64,000 nucleotides of DNA from Candidatus Nomurabacteria bacterium (lineage in GTDB: Bacteria; Patescibacteriota; Minisyncoccia; Phycocordibacterales; UBA918), in NCBI GenBank assembly GCA_020631995.1, contig JACKGJ010000001.1, positions 161,753-225,752 on the forward strand, given 5' to 3'. The notes under the pieces were generated by a model, which worked only from the letters and a program-made list of their open reading frames with translations, searched no databases and was not told the origin of the DNA. The translations under genes and the position numbers were made by a program. Positions within the stretch are counted from its first letter, which is position 1. Each line of letters begins with the position of its first letter. Shown in pieces: positions 16,376-25,422 of the stretch.

Positions 16376-16714
16376 CTATTTCTTAGTGTCACTTGACTTA
16401 GCGGCCTTAGCAGAAGCAATTTCTGCCTCCTTCTTCTTGATGTCCAGTTCCTTCTGCATCTTACCTCCGTGACGAAGGAACTTGGTAGTTGGAGAGAATT
16501 CACCGAGACAGTGACCCACCATTTCTTCAGAAACCATTACTTCGATGTGACTCTTGCCGTTATGTACACCAAAAGTGAATCCCACCATTTCTGGTGAAAT
16601 CATCGCATCGCGAGACCAGGTCTTAATGACTCCAGCTTGGTCTGGCTTCTTTCCGGCAATCTTCTTAAGAAGACGCTCGTCTAGATATGGGCCCTTATAT
16701 AGTGATCGTGACAT
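16376..16714 (-). CDS. rpsS: 30S ribosomal protein S19 with a Lys-rich C-terminal tail
   Basis: [28 protein letters not shown]. Confidence 0.95.
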   Translation of the reverse strand: MSRSLYKGPYLDERLLKKIAGKKPDQAGVIKTWSRDAMISPEMVGFTFGVHNGKSHIEVMVSEEMVGHCLGEFSPTTKFLRHGGKMQKELDIKKKEAEIASAKAAKSSDTKK

Positions 16715-16758
16715 ATAGATAAAACGCTAAGGCTGGCCTGAAATAAGGAAGTTTGTTT

Positions 16759-16860
16759 AAAATCAATGAGATGCAAGGCGGATGAGGAAAATAATGCGAG
16801 GTGAACTTAACGTTCAGAGAGCTTTATTTTCCGACATCCAACGTAGCAGGTCGTGATTTA
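16759..16860 (+). repeat. Structured intergenic hairpin element R4 (subfamily III) in the rplB-rpsS spacer
   Basis: Core 16784-16832 is GAGGAAAATAATGCGAGGTGAAC..GTTCAGAGAG..TTATTTTCC. It resembles 29378-29429 and 28628-28661. Confidence 0.7.
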
Positions 16861-17037
16861 AACTGACTTCTAAGTCAGAAGCCCGTGTGGATGAAGGTAA
16901 CGGCCTACCCCACACGAGTTCCCGACAAGTAGTGATTTGAGCTGTGCCGACCCGCCCTGCCAGGGGCTTTCGGGCATCAGTTCGGAACGGGGGCTATAGT
17001 ACGGGATTCGGTAGAAAAAGTCAACTAAATACATAAC

Positions 17038-17073
17038 AAGAAAACCCGCAAGCTTTTGCCTGCGGGTTTTCTT
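17038..17073. terminator. Hairpin terminator directly after rplB, inside the S10 cluster
   Basis: AAAACCCGCAAGC tttt GCCTGCGGGTTTT with A/T flanks. Confidence 0.7.
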
Positions 17074-17095
17074 GTCTAGAACTCAAATCTTGAGT

Positions 17096-17956
17096 CTATT
17101 TTTTACTTGTCATTCGTGGGCCTAACTTGCGTCTCTTAACAATAAACTTGTTAGATTGCTTCTTCGGACGACGAGTTTTCTGACCCTTACCGGTCGGACG
17201 ACCCTGAGCCGTACGAGAGCGCTTGTGTCCACGTGGCTGTACACCTTCTCCACCTCCGTGTGGGTGGTCTACGGCGTTCTTAGCAGTACCACGAGTCTTA
17301 GGACGAAGTCCCATATGACGAGCGCGTCCTGCCTTACCAATGTTCACTAGACGATTCTCTTCGTTTGAAACTTCACCAATGGAAGCCCAAGCGGTAGAGA
17401 TGATCTTGCGAATTTCAGTTGAAGGTAGACGAACCTGTGTGTAACCAGCGTCCTGCGCCACTACTTCAGCGTAGTTACCAGCAGAACGAGCGATACGAGC
17501 ACCAGCTCCTGGCTTCAACTCCACTGCGTACACAAATGTACCAACTGGAATCTTAGCAAGAGGGAGGCGGTTACCTAGAGTTGGGCGAGCATCTTCTGAG
17601 ACAGTGAAACTATCCCCTACCTGCATACGCTGTGGCACTAGGACATAACGTCGTTCACCATCGGCATAAAGCGCTAGGGCAATGAAACCTGTTCGGTACG
17701 GATCGTACTCGATAGTTTCAATTCGAGCTGGAATATCCTTCTTGTTGAAACGAAAGTCAATTTCACGATACTTACGCTTGTTACCGTTACCACGATACCA
17801 AACGGTAGTGCGTCCCTGACTGTTACGACCACCGGTTGAACGGCGACCCTTTACCAAAGCCTTGTGCGGAGTACTGGAAGTCGAAGACAATTTCTTCTTG
17901 TATTCGATTACGGTCATCCCGCGACGACCTGGTGATGTTGGTTTGTGTTTTTTCAT
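17096..17956 (-). CDS. rplB: 50S ribosomal protein L2
   Basis: HPHGGGEG motif, 286 aa with a basic C-terminal tail. Confidence 0.95.
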   Translation of the reverse strand: MKKHKPTSPGRRGMTVIEYKKKLSSTSSTPHKALVKGRRSTGGRNSQGRTTVWYRGNGNKRKYREIDFRFNKKDIPARIETIEYDPYRTGFIALALYADGERRYVLVPQRMQVGDSFTVSEDARPTLGNRLPLAKIPVGTFVYAVELKPGAGARIARSAGNYAEVVAQDAGYTQVRLPSTEIRKIISTAWASIGEVSNEENRLVNIGKAGRARHMGLRPKTRGTAKNAVDHPHGGGEGVQPRGHKRSRTAQGRPTGKGQKTRRPKKQSNKFIVKRRKLGPRMTSKK

Positions 17957-18002
17957 AATTTTACTTTGCGGGTACTACTGACCCATAACTGTAATTAGTA
18001 AT

Positions 18003-18362
18003 TTAGATCAATGAAATGCTATCGCCCTTCTTAAGGTATACGTAAGCTTTTTTCATTCCGTGTTGTGTCATCACTCGACCTTTCGAGCGAGACTTGAACT
18101 GCCTTGGACTTTTGTTGACGATGTTTATTCTCACCGGCGTCACACCATAGAAAGTCTTTACGGCCTCACGTACGTCAAATTTCGATGCAGAACGAGCTAC
18201 TTCAAAAGAGTAGATGTTCCTTTCATTCATCTTCATCGCCTTTTCGGTGATGCGAGGAGAACGAAGTACGAAAGAGAGGTCGCGGGCTACATCAGCACCG
18301 CCCGTGCTAACAGCTTTCTTTTCTTTCTTAGTGGTGGTTTTTTTCTGACTAAAGAGTGCCAT
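18003..18362 (-). CDS. rplW: 50S ribosomal protein L23 with a Lys/Thr-rich N-terminal extension
   Basis: Position and VLRSPRITEKA..YSFEV motif. Confidence 0.9.
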   Translation of the reverse strand: MALFSQKKTTTKKEKKAVSTGGADVARDLSFVLRSPRITEKAMKMNERNIYSFEVARSASKFDVREAVKTFYGVTPVRINIVNKSPRQFKSRSKGRVMTQHGMKKAYVYLKKGDSISLI

Positions 18363-18381
18363 ATTAATTAAGTTATTGTTT

Positions 18382-19047
18382 CTAGTTCGTTACGCGCTTT
18401 TCCAAAGTCTCAAGAGAGGCCTTTGGTTCAACCACGATAACGTACTTATAAGTTAGAAGATCAACTGGGTTGATATCCTTGGCCATTACAACTTCGAGAT
18501 TTCCAAAGTTTCGGAAACTCTTCTCAGTTGCAATATCACGAGTCGCCAACACTACTACTGCAGTATTCTTGCGCTTCGTTACTAATTCCTTCTGGTCAAT
18601 AGCGGTAGCCAAAGACTTAAGGATGTTCTTAGCGTCTTGAGCTTTCGGCTCAGCGAATGCTAATGAATCAACGAAGATAACTTCACCGTCTTGGTACTTG
18701 CGGGTCAAAGTAACTGCAAGTGCCTTGGCGCGAACCTTCTTGTTAATCTTGCGAGTATAGTCTTTCTCAGAGATTGGGCCGTGTGCCACACCTCCTCCAG
18801 TCCAAATCGGAGAGCGACGAGAACCGTGACGCGCACGTCCGGTACCCTTCTGCTTCCAAGGCTTTCGCCCTCCTCCACGTACTTCACCACGATCCTTGGT
18901 GTCGGCAGTACCAGCGCGGGCATTACCCTGCATCGCTACCACTACTTCATGTACCAAGTCAGCGTTCCAAGCGACGTTGAAAAGAGACTCTGGTAGAGTA
19001 ATTTCTGAAGCCTTGCCACCATCTTGTTTATATATTTGTGCTTTCAT
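18382..19047 (-). CDS. rplD: 50S ribosomal protein L4
   Basis: GGGRKPWKQKGTGRARHGSRRSPIWTGGGVAHGP. Confidence 0.95.
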   Translation of the reverse strand: MKAQIYKQDGGKASEITLPESLFNVAWNADLVHEVVVAMQGNARAGTADTKDRGEVRGGGRKPWKQKGTGRARHGSRRSPIWTGGGVAHGPISEKDYTRKINKKVRAKALAVTLTRKYQDGEVIFVDSLAFAEPKAQDAKNILKSLATAIDQKELVTKRKNTAVVVLATRDIATEKSFRNFGNLEVVMAKDINPVDLLTYKYVIVVEPKASLETLEKRVTN

Positions 19048-19064
19048 ATTATTGAATTACAAAT

Positions 19065-19694
19065 TTAGGCGGCAGCGCGCACTTCTACTAAAGTCCCCTT
19101 TCGACCAGGGATTGCTCCCTTTACGAGGATTGTATTCTCTTCAGCGTTTACTTGAACAATCTTAAGGTTCTTAACCGTAATACGGTCAGAGCCCATACGT
19201 CCAGCCATACGCATACCCTTGATAACGCGTCCTCCATCACGTCCTCCACCTCCAATAGAACCTGGAGCACGAAGTGAGTGCTTACGTCCGTGAGAAGCCA
19301 TGTCTCCATGGAAACCGTGACGCTTAACCACACCCTGGAAGCCCTTACCTTTTGAGGTAGATGACACAGTTACAGTGTCGCCAGCAGCAAAAACTGAAGA
19401 ATCAATTGTTGCACCCACCTCTATTCCGTCTAGCGCTTCACCTTGTGAAGCACGGGCACGAAACTCCTTCACGTAGCGCTTAGCGCCACCTTGGTGACCG
19501 AGGTCAGCCTTACCAAGTCGTGATTCCTTCTGCTCACCACCTGCTACCTGTACAGCGTCGTAACCGTCTTTCTCAGACGATTTCACAGCCGTTACAACTA
19601 GTGGAGTGACCCGAAGGATGGTTACTGGGAAACAGGTTCCCTTTTCATCAAAGACTTGAGTCATCTTGTCTTTGGTTCCTAAAATGAACTTCAT
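19065..19694 (-). CDS. rplC: 50S ribosomal protein L3
   Basis: SKGKGFQGVVKRHGFHG. Confidence 0.95.
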   Translation of the reverse strand: MKFILGTKDKMTQVFDEKGTCFPVTILRVTPLVVTAVKSSEKDGYDAVQVAGGEQKESRLGKADLGHQGGAKRYVKEFRARASQGEALDGIEVGATIDSSVFAAGDTVTVSSTSKGKGFQGVVKRHGFHGDMASHGRKHSLRAPGSIGGGGRDGGRVIKGMRMAGRMGSDRITVKNLKIVQVNAEENTILVKGAIPGRKGTLVEVRAAA

Positions 19695-19875
19695 TCAATC
19701 AGGCTTACATTAATAAATGTCTCTGACCAGAAACGGGTAATAAAAAACACGTTCCAGGACACAGCCACAAAACGCGGATAGTGCCCATTGGTTCTCAAGG
19801 ATGCAAGCACCCCGTCATCGAACTTAGGTCTTTAAGACCGCTGTACTATATAGTTTTTCAGCAAAAAAGCAAGGG

Positions 19876-20757
19876 TTAAACACCGATGCTGAACCGTACA
19901 TAAATCCCTGTTGGCAAAACTCGGTCGGAGGATGATTCTTTAATGTTCAGTGAACCAAAGGTGCCAGACGCTTTACCAAAAACACTTTCTACCGCTTGGG
20001 CAAATGATTCAGGAGCGAAGCCGGCGGCGTAACCAGAGAGAACCACGAATGAGCCGGGTTTCTCTGAGAGAATCTCTTTCAGATTCTTAAGGAGCGGGAC
20101 CAAATCATTTTCAATATGCCAGACCTGACCTTTAGCACCACGGCCAAAGGCTGGTGGATCTAAGATAATGCCGTCATACTTGGCTCCACGTCGCACCTCA
20201 CGCTTCACGAAGGCAGCGGCGTCGTCCACTATCCAGCGTACTGCATCATCAGGCAACTCACTCGCTTTAGCGTTCTCGCTCGCCCATTCCATTGATTGTT
20301 TAGAAGAATCAACGTGGGTCACTTTGGCTCCAGCGAGAGCGGCAGCGAGTGTGGCGGCACCCGTATACCCGAATAGGTTAAGAACACTTGGTGACTCTCC
20401 TCCCTTCTTCATATCCTTAACTTTTTCCATTATCCAAGTCCATTGACTGGCATGTTCTGGAAAAAGTCCGACGTGCTTGAAAGAAGTAAAATGAAGTTTG
20501 AAAGTGAGGTCTGCAAAATCTACCTGCCAATCAACAGGAGTGTCATCGTGAAGCGTCCACTTACCGTCCTTTGCTTCAGAAGTGAATTTGGCTTGAGCGT
20601 CTGACCATAAGTCGGACTTCAAAGGCATCCATATAGCTTGAGTATCTGGTCTATCGGTCGTGATTTTACCAAAACGCTCCAACTTACGACCATTACCTGA
20701 ATCAAGTAATTCGTAGTCGGGCCAAGATTTAGTTGTGATATCTTCTTTCTTCAACAT
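19876..20757 (-). CDS. Class I SAM-dependent (RlmI/RlmK-like) RNA methyltransferase
   Basis: VLNLFGYTGAATLAAALAGA SAM-binding motif I and ILDPPAFGRG motif IV. Confidence 0.7.
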   Translation of the reverse strand: MLKKEDITTKSWPDYELLDSGNGRKLERFGKITTDRPDTQAIWMPLKSDLWSDAQAKFTSEAKDGKWTLHDDTPVDWQVDFADLTFKLHFTSFKHVGLFPEHASQWTWIMEKVKDMKKGGESPSVLNLFGYTGAATLAAALAGAKVTHVDSSKQSMEWASENAKASELPDDAVRWIVDDAAAFVKREVRRGAKYDGIILDPPAFGRGAKGQVWHIENDLVPLLKNLKEILSEKPGSFVVLSGYAAGFAPESFAQAVESVFGKASGTFGSLNIKESSSDRVLPTGIYVRFSIGV

Positions 20758-20760
20758 AGT

Positions 20761-21519
20761 TTATTTGAGATGGTCAGGGTTCTGTCGACTCCACTCATAG
20801 AAAACGACTGCTCCTGAGACGGCAGCATTCAATGACTCAGCGCGAGTATGCATCGGGATAGAGAGCTTATAATCACAAAGCTCCAGGGACTTTTCGCGGA
20901 TTCCTCCACCTTCGTTCCCCACTACAAACACACTTGGTCGGTCAAATTTTGTTTCTGTTAGTTTCTCCCCTTCCATATCAAGCCCATAAATCCAAAAACC
21001 ACGTTCCTTTAATTCACGAAGGGTTTGGTTAACGTTTCCAACTGACACTACTGGAATCTTAAACACCATTCCAACTGAAGTTTTTACTACTGTGCCGGTA
21101 ATTGGCGCCTGTCTGTGCTCTGGGATAATCACACCAGAGAGACCAAGGGCAGCGGCCGAACGAATGATGGCCCCAAGGTTATGTGGGTCTTGCACCTCAG
21201 CACAGACTGCGATAGCTGGATTCTTTGTTACATCAATATTCTCCAGAAAAGTCTTTAGATCAGTCACTAAGGCTGTGGTGTTTAATATACCGATTACACC
21301 TTGGTGAACCGCGTTTTCACCAACTGTTCGGAGCTCGCCTCCACCGAGTGGTTTTACAGAAATATTGTTAGCAGTGGCTAATGCTACAATCTCTTTTTCC
21401 TCCTCAGGCCTTTCTAGAAACACGTTCTTAATAGCCTTTGGCTTATGACGAAGCGCCTCCGTCAGGGAATGACGGCCGTAGATATAGACTTTGTCGCTTT
21501 TTACTTTATCCTTTTTCAC
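20761..21519 (-). CDS. TrmH/SpoU-family 2'-O-ribose RNA methyltransferase (RlmB-like)
   Basis: SpoU motifs (DPHNLGAIIRSA, VVGNEGGGI, LNAAVSGAVVFYE). The ORF extends to 21579, but the GTG at 21519 (VKKDKV..) fits the family N-terminus. Confidence 0.75.
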   Translation of the reverse strand: MKKDKVKSDKVYIYGRHSLTEALRHKPKAIKNVFLERPEEEKEIVALATANNISVKPLGGGELRTVGENAVHQGVIGILNTTALVTDLKTFLENIDVTKNPAIAVCAEVQDPHNLGAIIRSAAALGLSGVIIPEHRQAPITGTVVKTSVGMVFKIPVVSVGNVNQTLRELKERGFWIYGLDMEGEKLTETKFDRPSVFVVGNEGGGIREKSLELCDYKLSIPMHTRAESLNAAVSGAVVFYEWSRQNPDHLK

Positions 21520-21596
21520 CTGTGCAATATAACACAATGAATAAAATGCACACGCTAGAGGTTGCAATTTTGGCGACACAGGTAGATTATGCAGTT

Positions 21597-21820
21597 AAGG
21601 AGACGGGAACGGTCCTCCGTCTCACTTGTTCCTGAAACTAGGACCGTATGGAGATTGAAATGGAAATCTACAGGATTTTCGGAAAGTCGTTAACGGCCTT
21701 CGAGCTACTCCTGTTATTCCACGTTCCGAACCCGTAGGACTACGAGGCCTACAGAGGTTCCCGCGACAGCGGTAGTGAACAATGTGGCGTCCGATGAGAA
21801 ATCATCGGACGCCATTTAAT
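21597..21820 (+). ncRNA. Candidate + strand small RNA (unknown class) among - strand genes
   Basis: TTGCAA (21562) - 17 nt - GATTAT (21585) promoter-like signal. A strand-specific terminator (13-bp stem 21785-21814, GAAA loop, then TTTAATTTT) exists only on the + strand. Several internal helices and no ORF. Confidence 0.35.
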
Positions 21821-21834
21821 TTTATTTCACATAC

Positions 21835-21867
21835 ACAAAAACCCAGACCAAAGGTCCGGGCTTTTGT
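21835..21867 (-). terminator. Terminator of the tuf-rpsJ transcript
   Basis: Hairpin ACAAAAGCCCGGACC / GGTCTGGGTTTTTGT on the - strand (two G.U pairs) followed by a T-run. Confidence 0.7.
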
Positions 21868-21895
21868 TGCAACTGGCAACACTAAACTTTTCTGT

Positions 21896-22020
21896 AAATC
21901 TTAAGAAATGGGATGCAGTTGTATTGGTTGGAGGAATTTTGACGACGGAGCCTTAGTTGACCTAAGGTGACCGAGACAAAATTCCGAAACCAGTGCAAAT
22001 GCGCCGATTTCTTAAGATTT
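21896..22020 (+). repeat. Structured intergenic hairpin element R5 (subfamily I), 3' of rpsJ
   Basis: A 14-bp perfect outer stem (21896-21909 / 22007-22020) overlaps the rpsJ stop codon. GGATGCAGTT is at 21911 and AAATGCGCC at 21997. The central hairpin is GGAGGAATTTTGACGACGGAGCCTTAG..CTAAGGTGACCGAGACAAAATTCC. Confidence 0.8.
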
Positions 22021-22390
22021 AGTTCATTTTGACGTCGATTGAGACTCCCGACGGCAATGACAAATTCGTCAATGCCTCCACCACCTTTGCACTCGGATTT
22101 AAGATGTCGAGCACACGCTTGTGCATTCGCATCTCAAATTGTTCTCGCGCATCTTTATCGATGAACGTCGAGCGGTTAACGGTGTACTTCTTGATTTCAG
22201 TCGGCAAAGGAATCGGACCTACTACCTGTGCGTCGAAACGCAAAGCAGTGTCAATTATTTGCTTGACTGAAGCATCAAGAATCTTGTTCTCGTAAGCACG
22301 CACACGAATGCGTAACTTCTGAGAATCAGGTGTAGCGACCTCCTTTTTCTTGGTGGTTCGCTTTACAGTCTTTTTTGTTGCAGTTGCCAT
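22019..22390 (-). CDS. rpsJ: 30S ribosomal protein S10 with a Lys-rich N-terminal extension
   Basis: LRIRVRAYENKILD..KDAREQFEMRMHKR; ATG at 22390. Confidence 0.95.
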   Translation of the reverse strand: MATATKKTVKRTTKKKEVATPDSQKLRIRVRAYENKILDASVKQIIDTALRFDAQVVGPIPLPTEIKKYTVNRSTFIDKDAREQFEMRMHKRVLDILNPSAKVVEALTNLSLPSGVSIDVKMN

Positions 22391-22465
22391 ATATTTGTTT
22401 TTCAATTTCAAACTTTCTCAAATTGGATATCGAGCCAAGAAAGCTCAGTGCCAACTTGGTAAGCT

Positions 22466-23650
22466 TTAAGCTACGATTTTTGTTACTACTCCCGCTCCTA
22501 CAGTCTTACCTCCTTCACGAATAGCAAATGACTGCTTTTCTTCAAGTGCCACAGGAGCCACTAGCTTAACCTTGAAGGTTGCTGTGTCACCTGGCATAAC
22601 CATCTCTACTCCGTCAGCCAAAGTAACCTCACCAGTTACGTCGGTAGTACGAACGTAGAATTGTGGCTTGTATCCGGTGAAGAATGGAGTGTGACGTCCA
22701 CCCTCGTCCTTAGAAAGTACGTATACTTCAGCTTCGAAGTCAGTGTGAGGAGAAACTGAACCTGGAGCAGCTAGTACCTGACCACGGTGTACATCCTCCT
22801 TCTTAGTACCGCGGATAAGGATACCAGCGTTGTCTCCAGCCTGAGCGGCGTCAAGAGATTTGTTGAACATTTCAACACCAGTAACAGTGGTCTTGGTAGT
22901 ATCTTTGATACCAACAATTTCGATTTCACCACCTACCTTGATAGCACCACGTTCTACACGACCAGTTACCACTGTACCGCGACCTTCAATAGAGAAGATG
23001 TCTTCAACCGGCATAAGGAACGGCTTGTCGAGTTCACGCTCTGGCATTGGGAAGTAAGTGTCCATAGTGTCAACGAGCTCAAGAACCTTCTGCCCGTATT
23101 CACCAGCAGGATCCTCAAGAGCCTTAAGACCAGAACCCTTGATAACAGGAGCATCGTTGTAGCCTTGAGCTGCAAGTAGTTCCTTGAGTTCTTCCTCAAC
23201 CAACATCAACATCTCTTCGTCTTGAACCATATCGCACTTGTTAAGGAAGACGATGATGTTAGGCACACCAACCTGCTTAGCAAGAAGAACGTGCTCACGT
23301 GTTTGAGGCATCGCACCGTCGGTCGCTGCAACCACTAGGATTGCACCGTCCATCTGGGCAGCACCAGTAATCATGTTCTTGATGTAGTCGGCGTGACCCG
23401 GAGCGTCGATGTGTGCGTAGTGACGATTAGGGGTCCAATATTCACTGTGGGAAAGTGAAATAGTAATACCACGCGCCTTTTCTTCAGGCGCCTTGTCAAT
23501 ATCTTCAACGGCCTTTACGTTTGCGCCGTATTCCCCACCCTTTCCATTGAGTACGTTTAGAATAGCAGCAGTGAGCGTAGTCTTACCGTGGTCAACGTGA
23601 CCAATGGTACCAACGTTCATGTGCGGCTTAGTACGATCGAAATCTGCCAT
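22466..23650 (-). CDS. tuf: Elongation factor Tu
   Basis: [25 protein letters not shown]. The upstream 49 codons of the ORF are treated as non-coding. Confidence 0.97.
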   Translation of the reverse strand: MADFDRTKPHMNVGTIGHVDHGKTTLTAAILNVLNGKGGEYGANVKAVEDIDKAPEEKARGITISLSHSEYWTPNRHYAHIDAPGHADYIKNMITGAAQMDGAILVVAATDGAMPQTREHVLLAKQVGVPNIIVFLNKCDMVQDEEMLMLVEEELKELLAAQGYNDAPVIKGSGLKALEDPAGEYGQKVLELVDTMDTYFPMPERELDKPFLMPVEDIFSIEGRGTVVTGRVERGAIKVGGEIEIVGIKDTTKTTVTGVEMFNKSLDAAQAGDNAGILIRGTKKEDVHRGQVLAAPGSVSPHTDFEAEVYVLSKDEGGRHTPFFTGYKPQFYVRTTDVTGEVTLADGVEMVMPGDTATFKVKLVAPVALEEKQSFAIREGGKTVGAGVVTKIVA

Positions 23651-24037
23651 ATTAAATTTAGTACGTCTAAATGATAATGGCCCGCACACTGCTTTTTGAC
23701 ATAAGTGGAAAGCGGGATGTACGCCGAGTGGCAATGGCGCGAGAACATCGCACTGCCGCCTGGCACACATCACATAATAAAGAGCGCTATTCCACACAGC
23801 AAAAGCTATGTACAGGTGGGCGTATCGTACAGGAACCCAAAAAGAATTGCAATACCAATACTACTAATGTCTTTATCCTTCTATGTTCCAGTGTTTGTAC
23901 TTGTGTTCTTATGGGTCAAGAAAAGGCACTACTCTCACTTGCCATCTTAAAGTAAGCTTGGGAGGTTATATAACTTTTAAGGCAAATAAAAATGAGCGGC
24001 CTTGCTGACCGCTCATTTTTACTACCCTTCTCTCTTC

Positions 24038-25243
24038 TTATTGATTACATTTCTTTACTATAGCCTCACGGGTCATAGGACCAACAAAACCATAACCAGT
24101 CGTATCTATAGTGCCAGAGGACACAATATTATTTTTCTCTTGGAAGCGCTGTACAGCCCTTTCGGTTGCTACGCCAAAGAATCCTGTCACCTCACCCTCT
24201 GGATAAACAGAGTTGTCGAGTGCCAAGAATCTCTGCAAGCTAGAAACGTCGTTACCATTTACACCTCTCCATAAGTTACGAGAAAGAATTGGGCAAGAAG
24301 CATCGCCACTTGCGCTACCTGCTTCTAGATTAACCTCTCCATTTAAAGCTTGTACTCGCTTGATCAGATCTCGCACTAATTCACGCAGAGATTCAATAAC
24401 ACGTTCCTCGTCATCATCGTCAGCCTTTTCGGACGAAACGCTTTGATGACCAACTTTTATAAGAGCTTGCTGCTTATTGCTACCTATTGTTAAGGTAACA
24501 GTATAATTGCCTGCCTTACTATAGGTGTGGGAACTACTTAGAGATTGTGAAACCATAACACAAGTGTCACTTTGACTCTGTGCACGCACACTATTGCGTT
24601 TACCGTCACCCCAGTCAATATCATACCCATCACAAACACCAGCCCAGAATCGAGCATTGGCAACCATACCATTAACGGTTACGTTCAGACCCTGTACTGT
24701 CCCAGAACTATCATTCTGATTTGTGGTGCCACTATTGACCTTAGTGACTTGAGTTGTTGGCCAAGTACCTCCTCTTATCTCAATCTGCTTTAAAATTGAA
24801 TCTAAACTTGACTGCAGTTGATTTTCTAATTCATTATCAGAGCCAATAATGACAGTGACAGAACATTGAACCACACGACTCTGTGCATCCCATACATCTA
24901 GGCGGAAGTTAGTAGTTCTATCAATCTCAACATTTTTGGAACCATTTACGTCAATGTCCTCACCATTGCCTGGCACGGTAGATCCGACAGGCTGATTAGT
25001 GGTCAAATTCCATAATGTTACACCGTCAGCGTTAACTGTCTTCCAAGTCAACTTTACGGTGCCAGCTTCCTTTAGGGAACCTGGCTCAGAAACCATACTA
25101 CAGGTCGGCAAACCTGTGGTTGCTGTCTGAGCGTAGGCGCTAGTTGTGTAAGCAAAAGCTGAAACCATCACAGCTACCGCTAAGATGACAGCGGTAAATA
25201 AGCGAACATTTTGGATTGAAGATAAGTAAGTGTTTGTATTCAT
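24038..25243 (-). CDS. Secreted or anchored protein with a PKD-like domain and a C-terminal peptidoglycan-binding (PG_binding_1-like) domain
   Basis: N-terminal hydrophobic anchor, a DWGDG..HTYSKAGNYTVTLTI PKD signature, and LQRFLALDNSVYPEGEVTGFFGVATERAVQRFQ. Confidence 0.7.
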   Translation of the reverse strand: MNTNTYLSSIQNVRLFTAVILAVAVMVSAFAYTTSAYAQTATTGLPTCSMVSEPGSLKEAGTVKLTWKTVNADGVTLWNLTTNQPVGSTVPGNGEDIDVNGSKNVEIDRTTNFRLDVWDAQSRVVQCSVTVIIGSDNELENQLQSSLDSILKQIEIRGGTWPTTQVTKVNSGTTNQNDSSGTVQGLNVTVNGMVANARFWAGVCDGYDIDWGDGKRNSVRAQSQSDTCVMVSQSLSSSHTYSKAGNYTVTLTIGSNKQQALIKVGHQSVSSEKADDDDEERVIESLRELVRDLIKRVQALNGEVNLEAGSASGDASCPILSRNLWRGVNGNDVSSLQRFLALDNSVYPEGEVTGFFGVATERAVQRFQEKNNIVSSGTIDTTGYGFVGPMTREAIVKKCNQ

Positions 25244-25378
25244 AATATTTAGAATAAATAATGGCTATTAAATTAAAAAGAAAAAGATATCTCGCGCTGA
25301 GATACCTCCTTACTTTCAAGTGTGCCCTACTTACCCAAATAATCAAAAGAATAGTTGTGGATAAGTCAAATAAGTAAC

Positions 25379-25422
25379 AGAAATACAAAGAGCCGGCCCT
25401 AGGGCCGGCTCTTTGTATTTCT
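25379..25422. terminator. Very long perfect hairpin terminator after fusA
   Basis: 21-bp stem AGAAATACAAAGAGCCGGCCC ta GGGCCGGCTCTTTGTATTTCT, overlapping the fusA stop by 1 nt. Confidence 0.8.

Noticed and set aside
23651-23797. 49-codon N-terminal extension of the tuf ORF ([15 protein letters not shown]...)
   Set aside because: EF-Tu alignment begins at [10 protein letters not shown] (ATG 23650). The extension is Cys-rich and un-protein-like, and lies in the leader.
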